A stretch of 46,975 nt of DNA. Source: Anaerolineae bacterium. Lineage in GTDB: Bacteria; Chloroflexota; Anaerolineae; CG2-30-64-16. The number at the start of each line of letters is the position of its first letter. The first letter of the stretch is position 1. The DNA lies in NCBI GenBank assembly GCA_026645775.1, contig JAPKMS010000142.1, positions 1-46,975 on the forward strand, in the 5' to 3' direction. The notes under the pieces were generated by a model, which had not been told where the DNA came from, made no database searches, and saw nothing but the letters and a program-made list of their open reading frames with translations. The translations under genes were made by a program, and so were the position numbers. This document shows positions 1 through 8,540 of this stretch, one piece after another.

Positions 1-693
1 ATGGCCGCTGCGGGGTTCGATTCGGTCATCATTGACCTCCAACACGGCCTGATCGGTTACGAGACCGCGGTGACCATGCTCCAGGCAATGTCCGGGAGTG
101 AGACCGTCCCACTGGCACGGCTGGAATGGAATGACCCGGCGACGATCATGCGGATGCTCGATGCAGGCGCGCTGGGGGTCATCTGTCCGATGATCAACAC
201 GGCCGCTGAATGCGCCGCGTTCGTCGGTGCGTGCCGTTACCCGCCGGCGGGCTATCGCAGCTACGGTCCCATCCGGGCCAGCATGCGGTGGGGACCCGAC
301 TACCTCGCGCACGCCGGTGAGATCCTGGCGCTGGCCATGATCGAGACCGCCCAGGCGTTGGAAAACGTGGACGAGATCGCGGCCACGCCCGGGCTCCACG
401 GGTTGTATGTCGGCCCCTACGATCTGAGCATCAGCCTGGGGCTGGCGAAGCCGGCCGACTTCGGAGACCCGGCGCTCCAGGTTGCCCTGGATGTCGTCCT
501 CGCCGCCGCGGCGCGCCATAATCTCGTCACGGGCATCTACGCAGGCACCCCGCACGATGCGCTCATGTTGGCGCAACGGGGCTTTCGGCTGGTCACCGCG
601 GTGCAGGATACGACGCTGTTGCAGACATCCGCGGCCGCGGCTCGCGCGCAGATGGACGCAGGATTGCCGCAGGGGAGCCGCCCGCATGCGTAA
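1..693 (+). CDS. HpcH/HpaI aldolase family protein (probably 5'-truncated by the window edge)
   Basis: Motifs GFDSVIIDLQHG, LDAGALGVICPM, YPPAGYRSYGP, MIETAQAL, GLYVGPYDLS. Homologues usually carry about 30 more N-terminal residues, so the true start is probably upstream. Confidence 0.85.
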   Translation: MAAAGFDSVIIDLQHGLIGYETAVTMLQAMSGSETVPLARLEWNDPATIMRMLDAGALGVICPMINTAAECAAFVGACRYPPAGYRSYGPIRASMRWGPDYLAHAGEILALAMIETAQALENVDEIAATPGLHGLYVGPYDLSISLGLAKPADFGDPALQVALDVVLAAAARHNLVTGIYAGTPHDALMLAQRGFRLVTAVQDTTLLQTSAAAARAQMDAGLPQGSRPHA

Positions 694-1414
694 ACTGGCG
701 ATCTTCAAGACCGGCGGCACCCTGCCCGCGCTCGCCGCCGGCCGCGGCGACTTCGAGGACTGGACCCTCGCGGGGCTGGGTGCGGCGTCGGACGACGTGC
801 TGATCATTGATGCGCAAGGCGGCCAGCCGCTGCCGGACTTCGATGACCTGGCCGGGGTGGTGCTCACCGGCTCGCACGACATGGTCACTGACCGCCTGCC
901 CTGGAGCGAGCGGCTGGCCGCGTGGCTGCCCGGCCTCATCGAACGCGGCATTCCGACCCTCGGCATCTGCTACGGACACCAGCTCTTGGCGCACGCGCTC
1001 GGCGGCGAGGTGGCCGACAACCCGGCCGGCCGCGAGTTCGGCACGATCCCGCTCGATCTGGCGCCGGCCGCGGCATCCGATCCGCTGCTGGGCGTGCTCG
1101 CTGCGCGGCCAGCGCCCGAGGTGCAGGTGTGCCACACCCAGTCGGTGATCCGCCTGCCGGACGGCGCGCGGCGGCTGGCCTCCAGCGACCGGGACGCCAA
1201 TGAAGCATTTCGCATGGGCGAAGCGGCCTGGGGCGTGCAGTTCCACCCGGAGTTCGACGCGGAGGTGGTGCGGACTTACATCCGCGAGTATTCCACCAGG
1301 CTCACGGCGGAGGGCCAGGATCCCGAGGCGCTGGCGGCCGGCGTCCACGACACACCGGTCGGCGACGCCATTCTGCGGCAGTTCATGCGCATCGCGACCG
1401 GCAACGGATGCTGA
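686..1414 (+). CDS. Type 1 glutamine amidotransferase (GMP synthase GAT-like)
   Basis: ATG at 686 overlaps the aldolase end. Catalytic motifs LGICYGHQLLA and GVQFHPE; VLTGS oxyanion strand. Confidence 0.88.
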   Translation: MRKLAIFKTGGTLPALAAGRGDFEDWTLAGLGAASDDVLIIDAQGGQPLPDFDDLAGVVLTGSHDMVTDRLPWSERLAAWLPGLIERGIPTLGICYGHQLLAHALGGEVADNPAGREFGTIPLDLAPAAASDPLLGVLAARPAPEVQVCHTQSVIRLPDGARRLASSDRDANEAFRMGEAAWGVQFHPEFDAEVVRTYIREYSTRLTAEGQDPEALAAGVHDTPVGDAILRQFMRIATGNGC

Positions 1415-1425
1415 TCTGAACATAC

Positions 1426-1460
1426 GTTTGTAGGGCGGCAGGGCATCCCGCCCTACAAAC
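1426..1460. repeat. REP-like palindrome (GTAG type)
   Basis: GTTTGTAGGGCGG (1426-1438) and CCGCCCTACAAAC (1448-1460) form perfect 13-bp arms with a 9-nt loop, just after a stop codon. Confidence 0.7.
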
Positions 1461-1583
1461 CCGGAGCTGGGACGCGGACAGGCGCGGATGACGGCGCCGC
1501 TCCACGCATTTTGCGCCGCCACGGTGGCCGCTGAGGCTGGGGCAGTCCACTCAGAGCTGAACATCACGAAGACCAAACGAGCC

Positions 1584-2339
1584 ATGAACGCACGGCAACT
1601 CGTCCTCCCCAACCGTCCCAAACCCTACGTGATGGCGCACCGGGGCAACTCGACGCAGTGCCCGGAAAACACGTTGGCCGCGTTCCGCCGCGCCCTGGCC
1701 GATGGCGCGGACATCATCGAGACCGACATGCACTTGACGGCGGACGGCGCCTTCATCTGCATCCATGACGGCCTGGCCGACCGCACCACCGACGGCCACG
1801 GCCCGGTGGCGGAGATGACCCTGGCCCAGGTCAAGGGGCTCTCCGCGTCCTACGGCCGGCCGGAGTTCGCGGCCGAGCGCGTGCCGACCCTGGCGGAGCT
1901 ATGTGCGCTGCTGGTGAGCGAGGCGCCAGAGGTGGCGCTGGCGCTGGAACTGAAGACCGACCGCTTCCTGGAGCCGGACGTCTGTCGGAAGCTGGCCGGC
2001 GAGTTGGCGGCCGCGGGCCTGGTCGAGCGGACGGTGGTGCTTTCGTTCAGCCTGGCGCGCGTCCAGGCGGTGGCCGCGGCCGCGCCGATCATCCCCAAGG
2101 GATTCATCACGATGTCCAAGCTGACGCCGCGGGGCGTGGACGCCGAGCTTATCGGCGCGTTCTGGCCGGTCTACTTCCTCAACCCGTTCCACGTCCGCCA
2201 GGCGCACGCGCAGGGCCAGATCACCTGTCCGCTGGACCCGACGCCGAACGGCCGGCTGTGGTACTACCGCTGGCTCGGCTGTGACGCGGTGTTGGCAAAC
2301 GATCCCGCCGCGACGATCCGGGCGCTGAGGCGCGGCTAG
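1584..2339 (+). CDS. Glycerophosphodiester phosphodiesterase (GDPD) family protein
   Basis: AHRGNS, PENTLAAF, IETDMHLTADG, IHD, RVPTLAE, LELK motifs. Start placed at ATG 1584 (MNARQL). Confidence 0.88.
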   Translation: MNARQLVLPNRPKPYVMAHRGNSTQCPENTLAAFRRALADGADIIETDMHLTADGAFICIHDGLADRTTDGHGPVAEMTLAQVKGLSASYGRPEFAAERVPTLAELCALLVSEAPEVALALELKTDRFLEPDVCRKLAGELAAAGLVERTVVLSFSLARVQAVAAAAPIIPKGFITMSKLTPRGVDAELIGAFWPVYFLNPFHVRQAHAQGQITCPLDPTPNGRLWYYRWLGCDAVLANDPAATIRALRRG

Positions 2340-2340
2340 G

Positions 2341-2457
2341 CCGCCTACGGTTTCAACCGTAGGCGGGCACAAACCAAACCCGCTGGGGCGGGTTGCCGCC
2401 CCCGTGCGCAGTGCGTTTCAACGCACTTTGGGTGCCAGACGGTGATTTCAATCACCG
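2341..2457. repeat. Composite multi-hairpin REP/MITE-like element
   Basis: Four hairpins: 2341-2366, 2377-2394, 2410-2427, 2440-2457. Three are centred on the same TTTCAA core. Confidence 0.65.
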
Positions 2458-2687
2458 GCCCGAATGGCCTCACTCCTCTGATCCGCGTGAACCTGCGTTT
2501 ATCCGTGCCGCCACCCGGCTCAATTCTTCACTTCGTAATCCTCCTTACACTCTGCGCGCCCATCAGGCGCGACACTTGATCACAAGCACTTTACAACCAT
2601 TTCACGCAACCAGCACAGTGAAGTGGCAATACATCCACCGGTGTCACAGCCGGCGCGATTCTTGCATCTAGCCCCAGGAGGTATCTG

Positions 2688-3407
2688 ATGCACGTGCAGA
2701 CCGTCCTCGACTTCGTCCGACGCACCGCAGGCAAACACAACCGGGCACTTATGCTATTCACCGGCGCGCTCCTGCTCGTCACCGGCGCGCTCCTGCTCGT
2801 CACCGTCGCAGGGCTGCTGCTGGTCCGCGGCAACGCGGCCGCCAGCACTTCGACTTCGCTGGCTGAGACCCCGAGCCACCAAGCAGCCGCCGGCCAATAT
2901 CGCTGGAGCTACTCCATCAAGTTCGTGTGCGGCTACCAGCCCGAGTTGAAATTCGACCCCGGCACAGCCTTCCGTGAACCGGTGGTGAAACCCGGGAACT
3001 ACGCCACCGACATCAACATCAACAATCCGCAAGCAAAAGAGCTGCCGCTGAACAAGTGGATCACCGTCATGGTGCAGGGCGAGGAAGTGCTTGCCCGGGA
3101 GCCGGTCAGCGTGAATCCCCGCACCAAGCTGAGCATGGTGCTCAAGCCGTATAACGCCACCATGGATGACTGCAACAACCTGTGGCGCTTGCTGCAAATG
3201 CCCATGCCGCCCCCGCCGGCCAGTTCGCTCACCATCGGCTATCTGGTGGTCCAGAGCCCGCTGGAGCTGGACATCGATGCCGTATACACCGCGGAAGTAC
3301 CGGGCGGACCTGACGCAGCGGGCACGATTGCCTCGCCCACCGGCATCTCCATCGATGTGGAGCGCGTGCCAGGCAAGCGGGTCTTTGTACCGGCCGGCCA
3401 GCCGTAA
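2688..3407 (+). CDS. Hypothetical exported protein (YSIKFVCG / PGNYATDININNP motifs)
   Basis: RBS AGGAGG upstream, hydrophobic N-terminal segment ending AAA, GC3-rich codon usage. Confidence 0.75.
   Translation: MHVQTVLDFVRRTAGKHNRALMLFTGALLLVTGALLLVTVAGLLLVRGNAAASTSTSLAETPSHQAAAGQYRWSYSIKFVCGYQPELKFDPGTAFREPVVKPGNYATDININNPQAKELPLNKWITVMVQGEEVLAREPVSVNPRTKLSMVLKPYNATMDDCNNLWRLLQMPMPPPPASSLTIGYLVVQSPLELDIDAVYTAEVPGGPDAAGTIASPTGISIDVERVPGKRVFVPAGQP
2760..2805 (+). repeat. 21-bp in-frame tandem duplication (TGALLLV x2)
   Basis: ACCGGCGCGCTCCTGCTCGTC is exact at 2760-2780 and 2781-2801, followed by ACCG. Confidence 0.9.
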
Positions 3408-3428
3408 GGCCGGCCCAAGGAGGTTCAG

Positions 3429-4211
3429 ATGAACCGCTTGCTTCTCGGATTATACCTGGCCCTGGTGTTGGTGATTGGTCCGTCGGCAGCCACGCCCACC
3501 CGCGCGGAGGCGCCGGATCGCTTCTGCTACAACTGGGGCTTTCTCAATAACACACCGGTTGATGCCGATGGCCTCCGGGCGCGGCTGGCGAGCATCCAGA
3601 CCGTCGGCGAAATGTACACCGGACTGTGGAATCCCTTCGGTGCGCCCCTGCCGGTCAGCGGCTACAACCCCAAGACCGACAGCTACCTGCTCGCCTTCGA
3701 CGGCGGCCCGGCCTATGCCGGCGACCTGATCTATCTCGGCTTCTGCACGGGCGCGGCCACGGTGCGCTCCGCAGGGACCGGTGACTCGCCGCTGACCTGG
3801 CAGGTGGGCAGCCAACAGGCGGCGCCCGCGCCGCTCTTCCTGGGCGTGCGTTGGACGTGGGTCGGTCGCAGCGGCGTGCAGATCCAGATCTACAACGACA
3901 ACCCGCTTGCTATCACCTTGTTGACGGCCAATCTGCTCGACCCGGGTGAGGCCTTGCCGCTGGATGACCTCACCCAGGATGTAGTCCCGGGCCTGTCTCC
4001 GCTGCAGGAGCTGCTGGCCGAACCGCTGGCCTTGCCTGCCGGCAGCATGGCGACTTTCACCTATACAGCCGCGCCATGGTTGGCAGATCAGCCCCTGGTG
4101 CTGGAGGCAGTTGCTGCGGCCGATGATGACCCCGGCAATCTTACCTCCCTGATCGCCCAGGCCCGAGCCCCGTTGCAGTTTTATCTGCCGGTGCTGCTTC
4201 GAATGAAGTAA
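3429..4211 (+). CDS. Hypothetical secreted protein with C-terminal FYLPVLLR motif
   Basis: RBS AAGGAGG, signal peptide MNRLLLGLYLALVLVIG...TRA. The terminal 'YLPxxxR' motif is typical of Chloroflexota exported proteins. Confidence 0.78.
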   Translation: MNRLLLGLYLALVLVIGPSAATPTRAEAPDRFCYNWGFLNNTPVDADGLRARLASIQTVGEMYTGLWNPFGAPLPVSGYNPKTDSYLLAFDGGPAYAGDLIYLGFCTGAATVRSAGTGDSPLTWQVGSQQAAPAPLFLGVRWTWVGRSGVQIQIYNDNPLAITLLTANLLDPGEALPLDDLTQDVVPGLSPLQELLAEPLALPAGSMATFTYTAAPWLADQPLVLEAVAAADDDPGNLTSLIAQARAPLQFYLPVLLRMK

Positions 4212-4318
4212 GGCGCCCGCGGGTGCGGTTGGGCCTGCCGGTCCGCCGCACCCGCATCCCCACACAGAGTTCTGCTATCACACAAACCCCGATTTATCCG
4301 TTGACAAGCCCCGGTGTT

Positions 4319-4347
4319 TTGGCGATCGCTCCGAGGGGCGGTATAAT
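4319..4347 (+). promoter_or_regulatory. Putative sigma70 promoter
   Basis: TTGGCG (4319-4324), 17-bp spacer, TATAAT (4342-4347). Confidence 0.6.
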
Positions 4348-4441
4348 GGCCAGCGGTCGTCTACGGACGGCCAGCCGTGCGGGGGCGAAGTCCCCGCCAA
4401 GTCCCGTCATCCCACCCAATCCTGATGGAGGAGATCCCCTT

Positions 4442-5383
4442 ATGCAGACCGTGCTCCGCTCTAAAAACGGTGTTGAGGCCATCATCGGCCACGACCTCCC
4501 CTTTGTCGTCGTTGGCGAGCGCATCAATCCCACGGGCCGCAAGGCCTTGGCCGCCGAGATGCTGGCCGGCAATTTCGAGCGGGTCAAGCAAGACGCCATC
4601 GCCCAGGTCAAGGCGGGCGCGACGGTGTTGGATGTCAACGCCGGCCTCGGTGTCGCCAACGCGCACGAGCTGGAGCCCGAAGTGATGGTGAAAGCCATCG
4701 AGGCGGTGCAGTCCGTCGTGGATGTGCCGTTGAGCATCGACTCATCGGTGGTCAACGCACTGCGGGCCGGGATCAAGGCCGCGGGCGGGCGGCCGCTGAT
4801 CAACTCTGTGACCGGCGAGGAGGAGCGCATGGAAGCGGTCTTCCCACTGATCGCGGAGCATCAATGCGCGGTGATCGTGATCTGCAACGATGAGACCGGC
4901 ATCAGCATGGATCCCAAGGTGCGCTTTGAGGTCGCCAAACGGATCGTCGCCCGTGCTGAAAGCTACGGCATCGGGCGCGAGAATTTACTGATCGACCCCC
5001 TGGTGATGCCCGCGGGCGCGGTGCCCGGCGCAGGCAAGGCGGTGCTGGAACTGGTGCGCTGGATCAACGATGACCTGGGCTGCAACACGATCTGCGGTGC
5101 GAGCAATGTGTCATTCGGCCTGCCCGACCGGGAAGCGATCAATGCCAACTTTCTGGCGATGCTGATCGCCGGCGGCATGACCAGCGCAATCACCAACCCG
5201 CTGAAGCCGGAATTGAAAAAGGCGATCCTGGCCGCCGACATGCTGATGGGGCACGATGAGAACTGCATGAGCTGGCTCAAATATCAGCGCCAACTGGCGC
5301 GCGAAGCCGCGGCCGCGGCCGGCGGGGGTGCGGCGCCCGCCGACGCGCGCGAGGCGCGCCGCGCAGCCCGTCGCACCGAATAA
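4442..5383 (+). CDS. Stand-alone pterin-binding methyltetrahydrofolate:cobalamin methyltransferase (MetH folate domain / AcsE-like)
   Basis: VGERINPTGRK, LDVNAG, PLSIDSS, LINSVTGE, LIDPL, GASNVSFGLP. RBS GGAGGAG precedes ATG 4442. Confidence 0.85.
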   Translation: MQTVLRSKNGVEAIIGHDLPFVVVGERINPTGRKALAAEMLAGNFERVKQDAIAQVKAGATVLDVNAGLGVANAHELEPEVMVKAIEAVQSVVDVPLSIDSSVVNALRAGIKAAGGRPLINSVTGEEERMEAVFPLIAEHQCAVIVICNDETGISMDPKVRFEVAKRIVARAESYGIGRENLLIDPLVMPAGAVPGAGKAVLELVRWINDDLGCNTICGASNVSFGLPDREAINANFLAMLIAGGMTSAITNPLKPELKKAILAADMLMGHDENCMSWLKYQRQLAREAAAAAGGGAAPADAREARRAARRTE

Positions 5384-5422
5384 TGCCGCCCGGCGGCCCA
5401 AATCCCTCTTGAGGAGTTGTGC

Positions 5423-6307
5423 ATGGATCCCGTATTGCTTCGTATCGGCGGCCGTGATGTCGTCCATTGGTACGGCCTGTTGATCGTTTTCGGCGCAGTT
5501 GTCGCGGCGTGGCTGGCCACCCAGGAAGCTGCCCGCCGCAAGGAGGACCCGGAGCACGTGTGGAACCTGCTCACGTGGTGTTTGATCCTCGGCATCATCG
5601 GCGCGCGGCTGTACCACGTCTTTTCCACACCCACGGGCAACTTTGCCGGCTGGTCCTACTATCGTGAGAACCCCATCGAGATCATCGCCTTTTGGCACGG
5701 TGGGTTCCGCGGGCTGGGCATCTACGGCGCGGTGGCCGGCGGCGTGTTGGCCGTCGTGCTGTACGCCTGGCGCGCCAAGCTGAGCCTGCCCCGCTGGCTC
5801 GACATCCCCACGCCCGGGCTGCTGGTGGCGCAAGCCGTCGGCCGCATGGGAAACCGCATCAACCAGGAACTCTACGGCCCGGCGACCGACGCGCCGTGGG
5901 CGTTCCACATCAACCCGGCCTTCCCTTGCCAGGAGCCGACCGGCTCACCGATGGCCTGCGGGCTGGCCGATCGCTTAACCACCGAGGCCCGCCAGTGGTA
6001 CGCGGCCAACGGCTTCCATCCCACCTTCTACTATGAGGCGCTGTGGAATATCGGCGGCTTCCTGCTGCTATGGTTCGGCGGCCGGAAGCTGGCGGGCTGG
6101 CTGCGCGACGGCGACATCTTCCTGTCATACCTGGTGTGGTACGGCGTCGGCCGTTTCTGGGTCGAGATGTTCCGGCCCGACGCGTGGCGCCTGGGCACGC
6201 TGGCCACCGCCCAATGGATCGGCCTGGGGCTGGTCGTGATCGGCATTCTCGGCCTGATTCTCAACCATCGACGGCCACAACCGGCCGCAACGGGCCAAGC
6301 CGCTTAG
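5423..6307 (+). CDS. lgt: Prolipoprotein diacylglyceryl transferase
   Basis: HWYGLL, GARLYHV, GLGIYGA, QAVGRMGNRINQELYG, HPTFYYE, YGVGRFWVEMFRPD. Confidence 0.93.
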   Translation: MDPVLLRIGGRDVVHWYGLLIVFGAVVAAWLATQEAARRKEDPEHVWNLLTWCLILGIIGARLYHVFSTPTGNFAGWSYYRENPIEIIAFWHGGFRGLGIYGAVAGGVLAVVLYAWRAKLSLPRWLDIPTPGLLVAQAVGRMGNRINQELYGPATDAPWAFHINPAFPCQEPTGSPMACGLADRLTTEARQWYAANGFHPTFYYEALWNIGGFLLLWFGGRKLAGWLRDGDIFLSYLVWYGVGRFWVEMFRPDAWRLGTLATAQWIGLGLVVIGILGLILNHRRPQPAATGQAA

Positions 6308-6375
6308 CGGACGCCGCGGGGACATCTAGGAGTGTCGGCACGGCGCCTTGATCATCCGTTCTCCAGGAGGACACA

Positions 6376-7509
6376 ATGGCCGAACAACCCTCTGCTGCGG
6401 AACGCCGACAGCTTGCGGCGCGCTATGCCTCCGGTGTTCAAGCCGCGTTGACACCCCCAGCCACCCGCGGCCGGGATGAAGCGCTGGCCGCCGTTTCCGC
6501 CCCCAATCTTCTGCCGGCCTCGCGCGCGCTCGCCGCGGCGGCCGGTGCGGGCCTGACCGCCGCGGACTCGCTGGAAGTGGCCGCGGCCGAGGTGCAACTG
6601 CTGGCCGGCGCCGCCCTCGACCTGCTGCTCGTGAGTTCTCTGGCCGAACCGATGCCGGCAGCCGTGCGCGGCTATGCCGCGGAGCTGGCGGGGGTCGGTT
6701 ATGAGGCCCTCACCCCCGGATTGGACGAACTGCAAACGATTATCAGCGCGCCCGAAGCCTACCTGGTGGGCAGCGTCGCTGGCCGCGGGACTCGTGCGCT
6801 GGCCATGCGGCGCACCCGCGCGCTGAGCGAACCTGCCACAGCGCTGTCTGACGCGGTGCATGCGGCGCTGGCCGGCATCCGCGGCGACGTGGTGACGACC
6901 GGCGCGCACGCCGTCGAAGGGCTGCTGCTCCTGGATGCCGCGCTGCTGCGCGAGGCCATCGGCGTTGTCGGCGGCGATGTAGCCGGGAAACTCGGGCTCG
7001 ATCTGGCCGGGTTCGGTGGCCGTGCGGTGAACTACCTGCTGGCAGCCAACGAGAAGATCCTCGCGTTGGTGGGCTTGGATGCCGTGAGCGAGGCGCGCAA
7101 GCAATTAGAGCGCTGGCTGGGCCAGTTACGCGAGGGCGCCCTGTTCCCCAACCTGACTGAACGCGTCCTGCGCACACGCGCAACCGAGACCGAGATCAAA
7201 GGCTGGCTGGCCGCCTATCAGGGGGACGAGGCCGCGCTGCTGCTGGGCTGCGACCAGGTGACACAACTCACGGGCCGTTTTGCAGCCAAGATGCGCGTGG
7301 CGGACAAAGTCGCCGCCGGGCTGGCCGTGGCCAAGGTTCTCCCGCCGTTGATGACCCCGGCCGGCCGCATCGCCGTGGCGGCGGTCTACCTGGGGCTGTT
7401 GGCCTACATCGTCGGCTCCGGCTATGACCACGTGGACTCGGACCGCATCAAGCTGTTGGACCGGGTGGAAGGCGTGCGCGGGATCAGTAAACGGGTGCTG
7501 GCGGGCTGA
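6376..7509 (+). CDS. Hypothetical Ala/Leu-rich helical protein, possible C-terminal membrane segment
   Basis: RBS AGGAGG, 377-aa ORF with coding-like codon usage. No family recognised. Confidence 0.7.
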   Translation: MAEQPSAAERRQLAARYASGVQAALTPPATRGRDEALAAVSAPNLLPASRALAAAAGAGLTAADSLEVAAAEVQLLAGAALDLLLVSSLAEPMPAAVRGYAAELAGVGYEALTPGLDELQTIISAPEAYLVGSVAGRGTRALAMRRTRALSEPATALSDAVHAALAGIRGDVVTTGAHAVEGLLLLDAALLREAIGVVGGDVAGKLGLDLAGFGGRAVNYLLAANEKILALVGLDAVSEARKQLERWLGQLREGALFPNLTERVLRTRATETEIKGWLAAYQGDEAALLLGCDQVTQLTGRFAAKMRVADKVAAGLAVAKVLPPLMTPAGRIAVAAVYLGLLAYIVGSGYDHVDSDRIKLLDRVEGVRGISKRVLAG

Positions 7510-7649
7510 ATCCAGCCTGGCGGCTAAATTAGCAGTCCGAATTACGGAAACAGGTGCGGAGCACTGTTACAATAAAGTTGTACTGAAGCGTCGGCCAGGT
7601 TAACAACCGGCCCTACAAGCTTATGCCCAAAACAAAAGGAGCCATCCGC

Positions 7650-7859
7650 ATGTCAACCCATGTCACCCTCAACATCCCAGCGATCTCCTGCGGCCACTGC
7701 GTCATGACCATCAAGCGCGAGACCGAAGAGCTGCCCGGTGTACTGGCTGTAGAAGGCAGCCCGCAGGCCAAGACCGCGACCTTCACCCTGGAGAGCGAGG
7801 CCGTCCTCGCTGAGGTGAAGAAGACGCTGATCGAGATCGGATATCCGCCGGCAAACTAG
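7650..7859 (+). CDS. Heavy-metal-associated (HMA) domain protein, CopZ-like chaperone
   Basis: IPAISCGHCVMTI (CxxC), LPGV, terminal IGY. RBS AAGGAG. Extended -10 TGTTACAAT at 7565-7573. Confidence 0.88.
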   Translation: MSTHVTLNIPAISCGHCVMTIKRETEELPGVLAVEGSPQAKTATFTLESEAVLAEVKKTLIEIGYPPAN

Positions 7860-7866
7860 GGGCAAA

Positions 7867-7895
7867 TTGCACCACCCTCCCTTTGGTGGTATACT
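7867..7895 (+). promoter_or_regulatory. Putative sigma70 promoter for ccmE with an inverted repeat in the spacer
   Basis: TTGCAC, 17 bp, TATACT with an extended TG. ACCACC...GGTGGT dyad at 7871-7890. Confidence 0.6.
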
Positions 7896-7938
7896 TGCCC
7901 CCGCTTGCCAGAAGCGAAACCCATGTATCGGAGAGATG

Positions 7939-8427
7939 ATGTCAGAGAGTTCAACTATCCTGCAGGGAGCTGTATCGACCAGTCGGGCCAATAGCAAGGT
8001 CAAATTCATCGTGGGCGGTGGCGTCATCGTCGTGCTGATCGCCTACCTGATCATTTCCTCCATCACCACCCAGGGCGCCTACTACCGCGAAGTGGGCGAA
8101 GTGGTGGCGCAGCAGACCGCGCTCAGCGGCAAGAATCTGCGCGTCAGCGGCAAGATCGTCACCGAGAGCATCCAATATGATACGGCGACGCTGAATCTCG
8201 ATTTCAGGATCTCGGACCCCAAGGATAGCAACCAGCAATTGGCGATCCATTTCCACGGCGTCCAACCGGATCAGATCGCCCGCCAGGACACCGAGGCCAT
8301 CGTCGAAGGCACCCTGGGACCAAACGGCACGCTTGAAGCCAACAACCTGTTGCTGAAGTGCCCGTCCCGCTACGAGGAAGGGGTGCTCAAGGAATACGAA
8401 GAGGTCAAGGTCGACGCGGTCAAATAG
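7939..8427 (+). CDS. ccmE: Cytochrome c maturation heme chaperone CcmE (CxxxY variant)
   Basis: N-terminal TM helix, YY motif, LRVSG, IVEG, LLLKCPSRYE. Start is ATG 7936 or 7939. Confidence 0.9.
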   Translation: MSESSTILQGAVSTSRANSKVKFIVGGGVIVVLIAYLIISSITTQGAYYREVGEVVAQQTALSGKNLRVSGKIVTESIQYDTATLNLDFRISDPKDSNQQLAIHFHGVQPDQIARQDTEAIVEGTLGPNGTLEANNLLLKCPSRYEEGVLKEYEEVKVDAVK

Positions 8428-8470
8428 CCCGACTCACGATGACAGACCGTTGATGAAGGCTAAATGATAC

Positions 8471-8506
8471 AAACGGTCGCCCGCCTGGGCGGGGGACCGT
8501 TTTCTT
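8471..8506 (+). terminator. Probable intrinsic terminator after ccmE
   Basis: AAACGGTC-g-CCCGC / GCGGG-g-GACCGTTT stem followed by a T-rich tail. Confidence 0.55.
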
Positions 8507-8540
8507 ATGGCAAAAATACCGCTTCAGGAAGAAGAAAACG

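Noticed and set aside
4301-4347. Perfect TTGACA (4301) paired with TATAAT (4342)
   Set aside because: The spacer is 35 bp. TTGGCG at 17-bp spacing fits better.
4442-5383. folP dihydropteroate synthase or a Wood-Ljungdahl acsE call
   Set aside because: It lacks FolP motifs (NxTPDSF, SRK) and has the methyltransferase-type GERIN and SNVSFG motifs. No acs genes in the window support a pathway assignment.
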